A DNA stretch of 64,000 bases from an uncultured Pseudomonadota bacterium (GTDB taxonomy: Bacteria; CALINM01), in the NCBI GenBank assembly GCA_964540515.1, contig CAZIMS010000001.1:223291-287290 (forward strand). The letters run 5' to 3'. Below the pieces are notes generated by a model, which worked only from the letters and a program-made list of their open reading frames with translations, was not told the origin of the DNA and ran no database searches. The translations under genes and the position numbers were made by a program. How positions within the stretch are numbered: position 1 is the stretch's first letter; each line of letters begins with the position of its first letter. This document shows, one piece after another, positions 30,408-39,989 of the stretch.

Positions 30408-31709
30408 TTAATACTTTTTCAACAGATTTTCAATATACTCCACTTGTTTTCTAAAACCCTCATTTTCTTCAATATTTTTAGTAACTTTATTAATGGAATG
30501 GATAACTGTTGAGTGATCCTTACCTCCAAACTTATTTCCAATCTCCGATAAGGACATATCTATGTATTTTCTACAGAGGTATATGGCGATATGTCTTGCT
30601 AAGGCGATCTTTTTTTGTTTTTTTTGTGATTTAAGTTCAGTAATTTTGATTTGGAAACAGTCACAGACAGCCTTTTGAATAGATTCAACTGTTATTATAG
30701 AATCTTCTTTTGGGAGATGGTCTGCTAATATCTCCTTTGCTAAGTTAAGATTTAATTTTTTCTTTGTAAGAGAGGAGTATGCTAATAACTTTGTTAAAGC
30801 CCCTTCCAACTCCCTTACATTATTGTTTATATTTGAGGCAAGAAAAGTAATAATGTCATCAGGAAGAGATAAGTTGTGATAGGCAAGCTTGCTTTTAATA
30901 ATGGCAACTCTTGTTTCATACTCAGGTGGTTGAATATCAACTATAAGTCCCCATTCAAATCTATTTCTTAACCTCTCATCAATATTTTGAATCAACTTGG
31001 GGTACTTATCACTTGTAATAACAATCTGTTTCTTCTTTTCATATAAGCTATTAAATACAGAAAAAAACTCCTCTTGAGTTGATTCTTTTCCTGCTATTAA
31101 CTGGACATCATCAACTAAGAAGAGGTCAATATTACTAAATTTATCTTTAAAATCATTCATTTTATTAAACCTGATAGAGCTAATAAACTCATTAACAAAC
31201 TTCTGGGATGGACAATATAATATATTAATATTACTATGCTTTTGATAAACGGCATGTCCAATGGCCATAATAAGATGTGTTTTTCCCAAGCCAACATTGC
31301 TATAAATTAGAAGAGGGTTATACTGATTTCCAAGGTTATTAACTACAGCATTCGCTGCTGCATTTGCAAACTCATTAGAAGGACCAGTTATAAAATTTTC
31401 AAAGGTATATCTTGGAATTAAAGAAGGGTGGAGCTTCTGTTGAACAGGTTCTTTTGTACCAGATATTTTTTCTGTTGAAATAATAACTTTAATAGGCTTT
31501 TCTAAAAGAGAAAAGAAGATTCCTTCAATGGTAGGAAGGTAATTTTCATTTACCCAATCTCTAAAAAAGTCATTAGGTGTAGTTAATTGTATACTATCAT
31601 CATTCCAATTGGAGATATTCATTGGTTCTAACCATATTGCTATGGTTGATTCATCAAAAAAATCTTTTGAACGTTCCAGAAACTTTTTCCAGAGACTTGT
31701 CATAACCAT
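30408..31709 (-). CDS. dnaA: Chromosomal replication initiator DnaA
   Basis: AAA+ Walker A GLGKTHL, sensor motifs, and the C-terminal DnaA-box-binding HTH (KKIALARHIAIYLCRKYIDMSLSEIGNKFGGKDHSTVIHSINKV). The start may instead be Met3 (31703). Confidence 0.9.
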   Translation of the reverse strand: MVMTSLWKKFLERSKDFFDESTIAIWLEPMNISNWNDDSIQLTTPNDFFRDWVNENYLPTIEGIFFSLLEKPIKVIISTEKISGTKEPVQQKLHPSLIPRYTFENFITGPSNEFANAAANAVVNNLGNQYNPLLIYSNVGLGKTHLIMAIGHAVYQKHSNINILYCPSQKFVNEFISSIRFNKMNDFKDKFSNIDLFLVDDVQLIAGKESTQEEFFSVFNSLYEKKKQIVITSDKYPKLIQNIDERLRNRFEWGLIVDIQPPEYETRVAIIKSKLAYHNLSLPDDIITFLASNINNNVRELEGALTKLLAYSSLTKKKLNLNLAKEILADHLPKEDSIITVESIQKAVCDCFQIKITELKSQKKQKKIALARHIAIYLCRKYIDMSLSEIGNKFGGKDHSTVIHSINKVTKNIEENEGFRKQVEYIENLLKKY

Positions 31710-31926
31710 AGGTTATCAATTTACCAAATAAAATACCATTATTCAAGAAACAAATTGTCAGGGGTCAGGTCTTTATTTTTGATCAGCTGTCAATAAATTA
31801 CTAATTTTTATGAAAATGTTAAAGTTGAGAAACTACTTTCTTTTGTTAACAAAAATTAATCTAATTTCTAAAGGGGTTTATTAACAACAAGGTTTATGTA
31901 ACTTAGAAGGGACATCCCTATCTTTA

Positions 31927-33339
31927 TTACTTCTTAGACAATTTAAGTTTTTTTACCACTGACTCAACAGCATCGGCAACTACTCTCGGTACCCGTTTAT
32001 CAAAGGGAGAGGGAATTATATAATCTTCATTTAACTCTGATGGTTTAATCAGGTTTGCTATTACCTGTGCGGCAGCCAACTTCATCTCATAGGTAATCAT
32101 TTTTGCACGGGAATCCAATAATCCTCTAAAAAATCCGGGGAAACAAAGGACATTGTTTATCTGGTTTGGATAATCGGATCTACCTGTTGCAATAACCTTT
32201 GCATGTGGCTGTGCCTCCTCAGGCATGATCTCTGGTATAGGGTTTGCCATAGCAAAGACTATGGCATCCTTTGCCATATTCTTTATATCTTCTCCTGTTA
32301 AGAGCCCTGGGCCAGAAGTACCCATAAATATATCGGCTCCTTTTATTGCTTCGTGTATGGAGCCCTTAATTTTTTTACCATTTGTAATAACAGCAAGTTC
32401 ATCTTTATACTTATTCATCCCTTCTTTTCGACCTTTGTAGATGGCTCCTTTACTATCACAGACAATCACCTTTTTAGGATCGACTCCTGCTTTTATTAAT
32501 AGCTTTACACAGGCTATTCCTGCAGCGCCTGCCCCTGATGTTACGATTTTTACCTTATCTATATCTTTTTTTACTATCTTCAGTGCATTATAGAGCGCAG
32601 CAAGGGCAACAACTGCGGTTCCATGTTGATCATCATGAAAGACTGGGATATCAAGCTCATTTCTAAGCCTTTCTTCAATCTCAAAACAGCGGGGAGCTGA
32701 GATGTCTTCTAAGTTTATACCCCCAAAGACAGGAGCTATCTTTTTTGTTATATCAATAATTTCTTCTGTATCTTTTGTATCAAGGCATATTGGAAAAGCA
32801 TCTACATCGGCAAATTGTTTAAAAAGCATAGCTTTGCCTTCCATAACAGGTAAAGCTGCCGAAGGACCAATATCGCCGAGACCTAATACAGCTGTACCGT
32901 CTGTAAGAACTGCTATAGTATTACTTTTAATAGTGTAATTATAAACATGGTCAGGATTTTTATAAATATCCATACATACTCTTGCAACACCAGGTGTATA
33001 AACCATAGAAAGGTCATCTCTATTGTTAATAGAGTGTTTAAGTTTTATAGCTATCTTTCCACCTTGATGTATGGCAAAAGTTCTATCAATTACATGTTTA
33101 ATCTTGACACCAGAGATCTTTTTTAACTCTTCTATAATCTGATGTATATGTTCGGTGCTGGCTGCAGCAAAATTAATATCCCTAGTTATAGTATTTTTAC
33201 CTATTTTGTATATATCAATGGAACCAATATCTCCACCTGCTCCTCCTATGGTAGAAGTAATCTTGCCAAGCATCCCTACAATATTAGGATATTCAATCCT
33301 TAAGTTTGCACTAAAACTTGGAGTTGCTTTTGGAGTCAT
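31927..33339 (-). CDS. NAD(P)-dependent malic enzyme with N-terminal ACT domain
   Basis: ACT-like N-terminus, then malic-enzyme motifs (VYTPGVARVC, GAGAAGIA Rossmann). Confidence 0.85.
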   Translation of the reverse strand: MTPKATPSFSANLRIEYPNIVGMLGKITSTIGGAGGDIGSIDIYKIGKNTITRDINFAAASTEHIHQIIEELKKISGVKIKHVIDRTFAIHQGGKIAIKLKHSINNRDDLSMVYTPGVARVCMDIYKNPDHVYNYTIKSNTIAVLTDGTAVLGLGDIGPSAALPVMEGKAMLFKQFADVDAFPICLDTKDTEEIIDITKKIAPVFGGINLEDISAPRCFEIEERLRNELDIPVFHDDQHGTAVVALAALYNALKIVKKDIDKVKIVTSGAGAAGIACVKLLIKAGVDPKKVIVCDSKGAIYKGRKEGMNKYKDELAVITNGKKIKGSIHEAIKGADIFMGTSGPGLLTGEDIKNMAKDAIVFAMANPIPEIMPEEAQPHAKVIATGRSDYPNQINNVLCFPGFFRGLLDSRAKMITYEMKLAAAQVIANLIKPSELNEDYIIPSPFDKRVPRVVADAVESVVKKLKLSKK

Positions 33340-34206
33340 AGGTACCCCCTTTTATGTTAACTTAATAATATGTAAATGTACGAAAAGTAGTTTAATACTA
33401 GATCTTAACAAACTTTTAAATCTAACGTATATGTTCAAAAAACATAATCGATGAAGATAGAACTTAATTATATATGTCTTTAGATTCGACTCTTAGAATC
33501 ACAATCTGTTATAGGAGTAGGATTATTTTAAGCATTATAGTTAAAACCAACTATCTAATAGCTAATCTTTATTGGCTGTTATATTTTTAATTTACCATTT
33601 TTAAGGTAAAGTTACAACTAGCAAATGGAAGGTCAACAAACTTCACTGTTTGAACCCAAAGGGTGAGTTCAAAGTTTGTAGTATAATAAGCTTGGAGCTG
33701 TGAAAAGAACTTGCGGAGAGAAAAAATGACCTTCCCTCTATCGGCAAATTAAACCCAAGTTGAGTCCACAATGGTACTTGTCAAGAAAATTGTGACATCT
33801 TCGCAAATCTACTATTAAAAATCTGCCTAAGTTCATAAAATATACTCCTTGATACACTTAATGGCTTCTTCCATCTGCCCTGTATATCTGTAGCCCTTCA
33901 GGATATTTCTTTTCATATCCACCACGAAGAGATTCAAATTTTTTGACTGCTTCTCCAAAATCACTGATTAATTTTATCTTAGCCAATGCTAAGTATAAAG
34001 CTAACACAATTTTATTTTGACATCCCTTCTGGTTAATCTTGGTGTTTTCAACAGCGCCTTGATGAATGATGCCGTATATAAATTCAAAGCTTTATGAAGA
34101 ACCAAAGCAAATCTTTTTTGTTCAAACATTAATCTACAAAATTCCCACAATTTTGACTTATCTAAGAAAACTGTTAAAATCTTAATTAAAAGGGGTTAAC
34201 ACTTAA

Positions 34207-34515
34207 ATGAGTACCTTAAAAGATTTAATAGAGGAAGAAAAAAGGATCAAAACACTTTTGGAAGAAGAAAGGCGTAAAGTTGCCGAATATTTATCAAATA
34301 AAAGAAAAGAGACAGATGATAATTTGAAAATTTATGAGCAAGAGCTTACCCAAAAGATCAGAATGGAGGTAGAGCAGGCAGAAAAAGATTACAGAGAACA
34401 ATTAGAATTAAAAATAGATAGACTAAAATCAATAGAACAATCTCTCAGTAATTTTGATGAAAAAAGCTTAATTGAACTTGCAAGCAAATACTACAGGTTA
34501 ATAATTAAGGTATGA
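34207..34515 (+). CDS. A/V-type ATPase subunit H (small coiled-coil peripheral-stalk component), first gene of the operon
   Basis: 102-aa charged coiled coil in the position of ahaH/atpH, immediately upstream of subunit I with a 4-nt overlap. Confidence 0.5.
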   Translation: MSTLKDLIEEEKRIKTLLEEERRKVAEYLSNKRKETDDNLKIYEQELTQKIRMEVEQAEKDYREQLELKIDRLKSIEQSLSNFDEKSLIELASKYYRLIIKV

Positions 34516-36371
34516 TCGTACCAATCTCTAAGATTCAGATAATAGGGCCCCTTGAGCTTTTTGCGGAAGTCATAGATTTTCTAAAAATAAGAAAAATAAT
34601 ACATCCCGAAAGAGAGATAGAGAGCTTCTGTGGCGATTTAAAAGTTTTTTTAAAGAATTATAGCTCCAGTGAAGAGATCGTGAGGGAGAAAATTTTCTAT
34701 GAAAGTCTTAAAAGAAGGGTGGAGAACTTTTTGGAGATATCAAGAGATGTAACATTAATGGAGAGGGAAGGATTAAATATCGAAGATATTAATGTTAATT
34801 ATGAAGAGATTGAGAAAGACACCAACTTCTTGAAAAATTACATAAAAAAGATAGAAGAACTTGAGAAAAAGAAAGAAGAGATAGAGCTTTATATAAAATT
34901 TTTGAGTTTAGCAAAGGCATCCTTTGAAGATGTTTTGGATCTTACAAGCCTTGAGATTACAGGATTGCTACTAAAGAATGAAGAAAATGCTGAGAGATTA
35001 AGAAAAATCTTAGAAGAGAAGGGCAGGGGGCTTTATAAAATCATAACAAAAAAAGATGAAAAGAATAACGTAATAAGCATTATTATCTATCCTAAAGAGG
35101 TTAAGGAAGAGCTAAAAAGGTATCTTAAAGATATAAATATACCAGAGATAGCAACGCCTTCTGAGGTAACAAAGGTACCCCTAAGTCAAAAGATAGAGCT
35201 AATGGATGATAAATTGAAGAAAATTGATGAGCAAAGAGAGCTATTAATAAAGGAGAAAAACGATAAGTTTAGTGAGAAAAAGGCATTATATCTGGAAAAC
35301 TTAAAGATTATTAAAAGAAGGCTTGAACAGCTTGAAGATAGAGTTTTTTTATTCAAATCGGAAAGGCTTTTTTATATTTTTGGTTGGGTACCAAAGGAAA
35401 GACTTATAAATGTAGTAAAGGAGATAAAAAAGGAGTTTAAGGAGTTAGTACTTATAGAGGAGATTCCTCTTTATGAAAATGAGATAGAAAGGGTACCTGT
35501 TATAGTAAAAAACTCTGCATATTTTGAGCCCTTTGAGGTTTTGACTAAGGTTTTTCCTCTTCCCTCATATGGATCCTATGACCCCACATTGTTTTTAGGG
35601 ATTTTTTTCCCACTTTTTTTCGGGATTATAGTTGGCGATATGGGCTATGGTATTGTTATAAGCATCCTTGCCATTATTGGGAGTAAATATTTTAAAAAGG
35701 ACTTTTTAAGAAACATCTCTAAGGTGCTTTTCTACGGCGGGGTAGGCGCTATTATTTTTGGTGTAGTCTATGGAGAGTTTTTTGGTGAGCTCGGGGAGGA
35801 GATAAATTTTTTAAAGAGAATTAAGTTGTTTGATAGAAAACATTCTATAATGCAGATGTTTTTAATAGCTCTTTTTATAGGGATAAGCCATATAGTTATT
35901 GGATTTATACTAGCTATAATAAAGCCTAGCCACAAAAAAGAAAGGGGCCTTTCATTATCTATTTTAATCTCCCTTGCAATAATCTCTATAATTATCTTCC
36001 TTTTGTTCCTTGGCGGTGATAATAAGATCTTATATGCTCTTACAGTTCTTGGAATAATAATATTTGCCTTATCAATAACCTTTTTTGGCATAATCTTTCC
36101 ACTCGAGTTAATAAAAACTTTGGGAAATATTGTTTCCTATGGGAGGATTATGGCTATTGGCCTTTCGTCAGTAATTCTTGCTAACATAGCCAACAACTTC
36201 TTGGGAGCTATAGGTAATATCTTTGTGGGGTTTTTGATTGCCCTACTTATACATAGTATAAACATAGTTCTTTCAGTCTTTTCACCCACTATACACTCAT
36301 TGAGATTACATTATGTAGAGTTTTTCTCTAAGTTTATGAAGTTTGGTGGAAAAAAATTTAATCCCCTATAA
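34512..36371 (+). CDS. A/V-type ATPase subunit I (membrane a-subunit, 116-kDa family)
   Basis: 619 aa. Hydrophilic coiled-coil N-terminal half plus a 7-8 TM C-terminal half carrying a conserved Arg-containing helix (SVFSPTIHSLRLHYVEF). Confidence 0.8.
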   Translation: MIVPISKIQIIGPLELFAEVIDFLKIRKIIHPEREIESFCGDLKVFLKNYSSSEEIVREKIFYESLKRRVENFLEISRDVTLMEREGLNIEDINVNYEEIEKDTNFLKNYIKKIEELEKKKEEIELYIKFLSLAKASFEDVLDLTSLEITGLLLKNEENAERLRKILEEKGRGLYKIITKKDEKNNVISIIIYPKEVKEELKRYLKDINIPEIATPSEVTKVPLSQKIELMDDKLKKIDEQRELLIKEKNDKFSEKKALYLENLKIIKRRLEQLEDRVFLFKSERLFYIFGWVPKERLINVVKEIKKEFKELVLIEEIPLYENEIERVPVIVKNSAYFEPFEVLTKVFPLPSYGSYDPTLFLGIFFPLFFGIIVGDMGYGIVISILAIIGSKYFKKDFLRNISKVLFYGGVGAIIFGVVYGEFFGELGEEINFLKRIKLFDRKHSIMQMFLIALFIGISHIVIGFILAIIKPSHKKERGLSLSILISLAIISIIIFLLFLGGDNKILYALTVLGIIIFALSITFFGIIFPLELIKTLGNIVSYGRIMAIGLSSVILANIANNFLGAIGNIFVGFLIALLIHSINIVLSVFSPTIHSLRLHYVEFFSKFMKFGGKKFNPL

Positions 36372-36384
36372 AGGAGGCATATAT

Positions 36385-36606
36385 ATGGATGAAAAAGTCT
36401 TGTTAGCCTTTGCGGCGGCTCTTTCCGTTGGCTTATGTGGCATTGCAACAGCTTGGGCTCAATCAAAGATAGGCTCAGCGGGCTGTGGAGCTTTAGCAGA
36501 AAAACCAGAGCTTAGCGGCACAATAATTATACTTATTGCTATCCCTGAAACAATCATAATATTAGGTTTTGTAATCGCATCAATGATTCTATTTATGATT
36601 AAGTGA
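36385..36606 (+). CDS. A-type ATPase proteolipid subunit K (single-hairpin c subunit, 73 aa)
   Basis: Two TM helices with Gly/Ala-rich TM1 and the carboxylate in TM2 (AIPETIIILG). Start is taken at MDEK, preceded by AGGAGG. Confidence 0.75.
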   Translation: MDEKVLLAFAAALSVGLCGIATAWAQSKIGSAGCGALAEKPELSGTIIILIAIPETIIILGFVIASMILFMIK

Positions 36607-37196
36607 TGGAAAAAGAAAGTTTACTAAGACATTTATTAGAGAGTTTTGAAAGAGAAAAGGCTCTTCTTCAAGAAATGAAAGAGAAGGAAGAGAGAGAGAT
36701 TGAGTCTAATTATCTAAAAGAAAAGTTACGGTTGGAAGAAGGTTACAAAAAAACTAAAGAGCAAATGATCAAAGAGCTAAGAAAAAAAATTGAAGATGAG
36801 TATCTTCAGAAAGAGCTCGACCTTGAACTGTCACTCCAACATCTTTTAATGGATAAGATAAAGAGTATAGAAAAAAAGCTCATATTTTCTCTAAGAGATG
36901 AGAGATATGAGGAAGTGTTTTTTAATCTCTTCAATGAGTTACCTCATATAGAATGGAGTATTATTAAGATAAATCCTTTAGATAAAAAAATTGCAAAAAA
37001 ATACTTTCCTCAGGCAGAAATTATTGAAGATGGAGAAATTACAGGCGGCTTTATTGTCCTATCAAAGGACGGAAGAGTAATGATTGATAATACCTTTGAA
37101 AAAAGAGCTGAAAAGATAAGAGATGAGGCTTTATTAGGAATATATAAAGAGCTAATTAATTACTTTGGGAAAGATAATGTTAAAAGAGAATATTAA
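36603..37196 (+). CDS. A/V-type ATPase subunit E
   Basis: 197 aa; N-terminal coiled coil and globular C-terminus with ITGGFIVLSKDGRVMIDNTFEKR, typical of subunit E. Confidence 0.65.
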   Translation: MMEKESLLRHLLESFEREKALLQEMKEKEEREIESNYLKEKLRLEEGYKKTKEQMIKELRKKIEDEYLQKELDLELSLQHLLMDKIKSIEKKLIFSLRDERYEEVFFNLFNELPHIEWSIIKINPLDKKIAKKYFPQAEIIEDGEITGGFIVLSKDGRVMIDNTFEKRAEKIRDEALLGIYKELINYFGKDNVKREY

Positions 37197-38034
37197 ATCA
37201 GGCTATCCCTTCGAGTTTTTAATAGCAAGGTTAAGAAACCGTATTAACTCGCTTATTACAACTATAGCCTATTTAAAAGGTAATCTTGAGAGCCAAAGTG
37301 ATTTTGACTGGAATGGCTATAACCTTACCTTTCAAAGAGAGTATGTAAATCTTTACTTCTCCATTGAAGAGAAAGAAAGGGTGCTTTTAAGAAACCTCTT
37401 CATAATCTTTGAGATAAGAAATCTTATAAGTCTCATAAGATACGCCTTCTATGAGAGGAAAGAAGAGATAAAAGAGATATTTAAAAAATCTCTTTTAAGT
37501 GACGTGATAAGGGTTATCTTTTTAAGAGACGATAGTTTTAAAAAAAAGCTTGAAAACCTCTATTATCATTTAGGTCAGATAAACAGAGAGTTACCCAATA
37601 TATTAAATACCTTTGATGAAGAAAGCTTTAGAAGTTTTGAAGAAAATTTTACAAAAGCTATTCTTGAAGGGCTAGTTAGGGATAAAAAAAATATCCCAGA
37701 AGTTAGAGATTTTATTAAAAGGTTCATTGACTTTATCAATTTAAATGGCTTAAGCAAGGCAAATTACTGGAACAGCGAGAAAGCCCCCCTTTTTATAGAG
37801 GGAGGATTTTATACAAAAAAACAGTTAGAAGAGATGTCTTCCCAAGAAGATTTCACAAGTAGCTTGAGGTATATGAGAAAAATTGTTAATGAGCTTAGAA
37901 AAAAAATAGCTCACTCCGATTATTATCTCTTTGTCTTTTATATAAGCAATCTATACCTAGAAAACATAAATTTAAACATACTTTTTAATAGGTTAAATTC
38001 TATAGAGAGAGAGATGGAGACATATATAGTATGA
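37165..38034 (+). CDS. A/V-type ATPase subunit C (d-like)
   Basis: Position between E and F in the conserved H-I-K-E-C-F-A-B order; helical protein; shorter than typical (289 aa). Confidence 0.55.
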   Translation: MGKIMLKENIKSGYPFEFLIARLRNRINSLITTIAYLKGNLESQSDFDWNGYNLTFQREYVNLYFSIEEKERVLLRNLFIIFEIRNLISLIRYAFYERKEEIKEIFKKSLLSDVIRVIFLRDDSFKKKLENLYYHLGQINRELPNILNTFDEESFRSFEENFTKAILEGLVRDKKNIPEVRDFIKRFIDFINLNGLSKANYWNSEKAPLFIEGGFYTKKQLEEMSSQEDFTSSLRYMRKIVNELRKKIAHSDYYLFVFYISNLYLENINLNILFNRLNSIEREMETYIV

Positions 38035-38351
38035 CTAAAAAGATGATATTAATTACTACAGAGGAGCTGGAGAATATTTTTTCTATAATAGGTTTTGAGC
38101 AATATATTGTAAGTGATATCTACTCAGCCGAAGAGCTTATAAAAGAAAAGATAGGGGATGAGAGTATAGGTTTGATAATTATTGAAGAAGAACTCTTTAA
38201 AAAATTAACTGAAAAAACCCGTTTTATCCTTGAAAAGAGGTGGAAAGGAGCTATCTGTAAGCTACCTTCAATAAAAGAGCTTACTATAGAAGAAGGCTAC
38301 ACAATGAAAGAGATAACAAGAGTTTTAGGATATCAGTTAAAGATAACTTAA
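38031..38351 (+). CDS. A/V-type ATPase subunit F
   Basis: 106 aa, MILITTEELENIFSIIGFEQYIV N-terminus typical of subunit F. Confidence 0.65.
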   Translation: MTKKMILITTEELENIFSIIGFEQYIVSDIYSAEELIKEKIGDESIGLIIIEEELFKKLTEKTRFILEKRWKGAICKLPSIKELTIEEGYTMKEITRVLGYQLKIT

Positions 38352-38360
38352 GGAATTCTT

Positions 38361-39989
38361 ATGAAAAAAGGTTATGTTGAAGGCATTTCTGGTCATATTG
38401 TCCAGTCTTCCTTTAAAGATGTAAAAATAGGAGAGCGAGTCTATGTGGGAGAAAAAAATCTCGCTGGAGAAGTAGTAAGGATACTTAAAGAAGGCTGTCT
38501 TATAATGGTATTTGAAGATACAAGAGATGTTAAGTTAAAAGAAGAGATTATTTTTACAGATAAGGAGCCTAACGTCCTTTTAGGACCAGGCTTATTAGGA
38601 GGTATTTATGATGGTCTTCAAAGACAGCTAAGCTTCTTGATGGAAAGATATGGAAGCTTCATAAAGCCTATGAAAAACTTATTAGACATAAATCTTGGTG
38701 AGTACAAACTTAACTTTGTCCCTTTAAAAAAAAGTGGAGAAAGAGTTTTTAAAGGAGAAGCGGTAGGTTATGTAATTGAGAAGGGATTTAAGATATTTAT
38801 TTTTTCTCACAGAGAGGGGTTTTTAAAAGAGATAAAGGAAGGAAAGATAGATGTAGAAAAAGAGGTAGCCCTGCTAAAAGGAGGAGAGGCAATAAGATTT
38901 CATCATAGCTGGTCATTGAAAGAAAAAAGACCTTATAAAAAAAAGAGAAAACCCGAAAAGATTCTTCTAACAGGCCAAAGAGTTATTGATTTTCTCTTCC
39001 CCATCCCCTTAGGTGGCACCTTTATTATCCCCGGGGGTTTTGGTACGGGAAAGACAATCTTACAACAGACTATAGCAAAATTTGCACAGGCTGATATTGT
39101 AATCTATGTTGGATGTGGAGAGCGGGGGAACGAAATGGCTGAACTACTTGAAGAGTTTAGCGAGATAAAGGATCCTTGGGAGAATAGACCCTTAATGGAT
39201 AGAACGATAATTGTTGTAAATACATCTAATATGCCCGTTGCGGCGCGAGAGGCATCAATTTACACAGGTGTAACGATTGCTGAGTTTTATAGAGATTGTG
39301 GTCTTAATGTGCTTTTGATAGTTGATAGTATATCAAGGTGGGCCGAGGCTTTAAGAGAGATCTCCTCCTCCTTGGAAGAGATGCCAGGGGACGAAGGATA
39401 TCCTACCTATCTTATATCAAAGCTTTCAGATTTTTTTGAAAGAGCAGGTCTTTTTGATACCTTGAATAACACCTTAGGATCTATAACAATGTTAATATCT
39501 GTCTCCCCTCCAGGAGGAGACACAACAGAGCCAGTTACACAAAGCTGCCTTAGGACAGCTGGAGGTTTACTTATGCTTGATAAGGAACTGGCAAGCAGAA
39601 GATTTTTCCCTGCCATCAACCATAAGCTTAGTTACAGTCTTTATGAGAGAGATTTACAGAGGGCCTTAAAAGATATCTTTGGTGAGAACTATCAAGAACT
39701 TAAAAGTTTTATTATGACATTACTTAATGAAGAAGAAAAGTTAAGAGAGATACTTGATATAATAGGATACGAAAGCTTACAAGATAGGGATAGATTAATC
39801 ATAGATACAGCAGAGCTTCTTAAAGATAAATTTTTGAGTCAAAATGCCTTTAGTCATGATGCCTTCTCAACACCAAAAGAGATGGTAGAGAAGGTTGAGT
39901 TAATAAAGAGAAAATATAGAGAAGCCCAAGAGTTACTTGAGACAGGAAATCCCTATTTTGAGGTAAGAAGGGTCTATGAATCTTTTTGA
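38361..39989 (+). CDS. A/V-type ATPase catalytic subunit A
   Basis: P-loop GGFGTGKT, GERGNEM, and the non-homologous region preceding the nucleotide-binding domain; 542 aa. Confidence 0.9.
   Translation: MKKGYVEGISGHIVQSSFKDVKIGERVYVGEKNLAGEVVRILKEGCLIMVFEDTRDVKLKEEIIFTDKEPNVLLGPGLLGGIYDGLQRQLSFLMERYGSFIKPMKNLLDINLGEYKLNFVPLKKSGERVFKGEAVGYVIEKGFKIFIFSHREGFLKEIKEGKIDVEKEVALLKGGEAIRFHHSWSLKEKRPYKKKRKPEKILLTGQRVIDFLFPIPLGGTFIIPGGFGTGKTILQQTIAKFAQADIVIYVGCGERGNEMAELLEEFSEIKDPWENRPLMDRTIIVVNTSNMPVAAREASIYTGVTIAEFYRDCGLNVLLIVDSISRWAEALREISSSLEEMPGDEGYPTYLISKLSDFFERAGLFDTLNNTLGSITMLISVSPPGGDTTEPVTQSCLRTAGGLLMLDKELASRRFFPAINHKLSYSLYERDLQRALKDIFGENYQELKSFIMTLLNEEEKLREILDIIGYESLQDRDRLIIDTAELLKDKFLSQNAFSHDAFSTPKEMVEKVELIKRKYREAQELLETGNPYFEVRRVYESF

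Noticed and set aside
31760-31790. GTCAGGGGTCAGGTC in the dnaA leader as an SRP-RNA-like motif
   Set aside because: Only a partial match to the SRP domain IV consensus, with no surrounding helix; coincidence.
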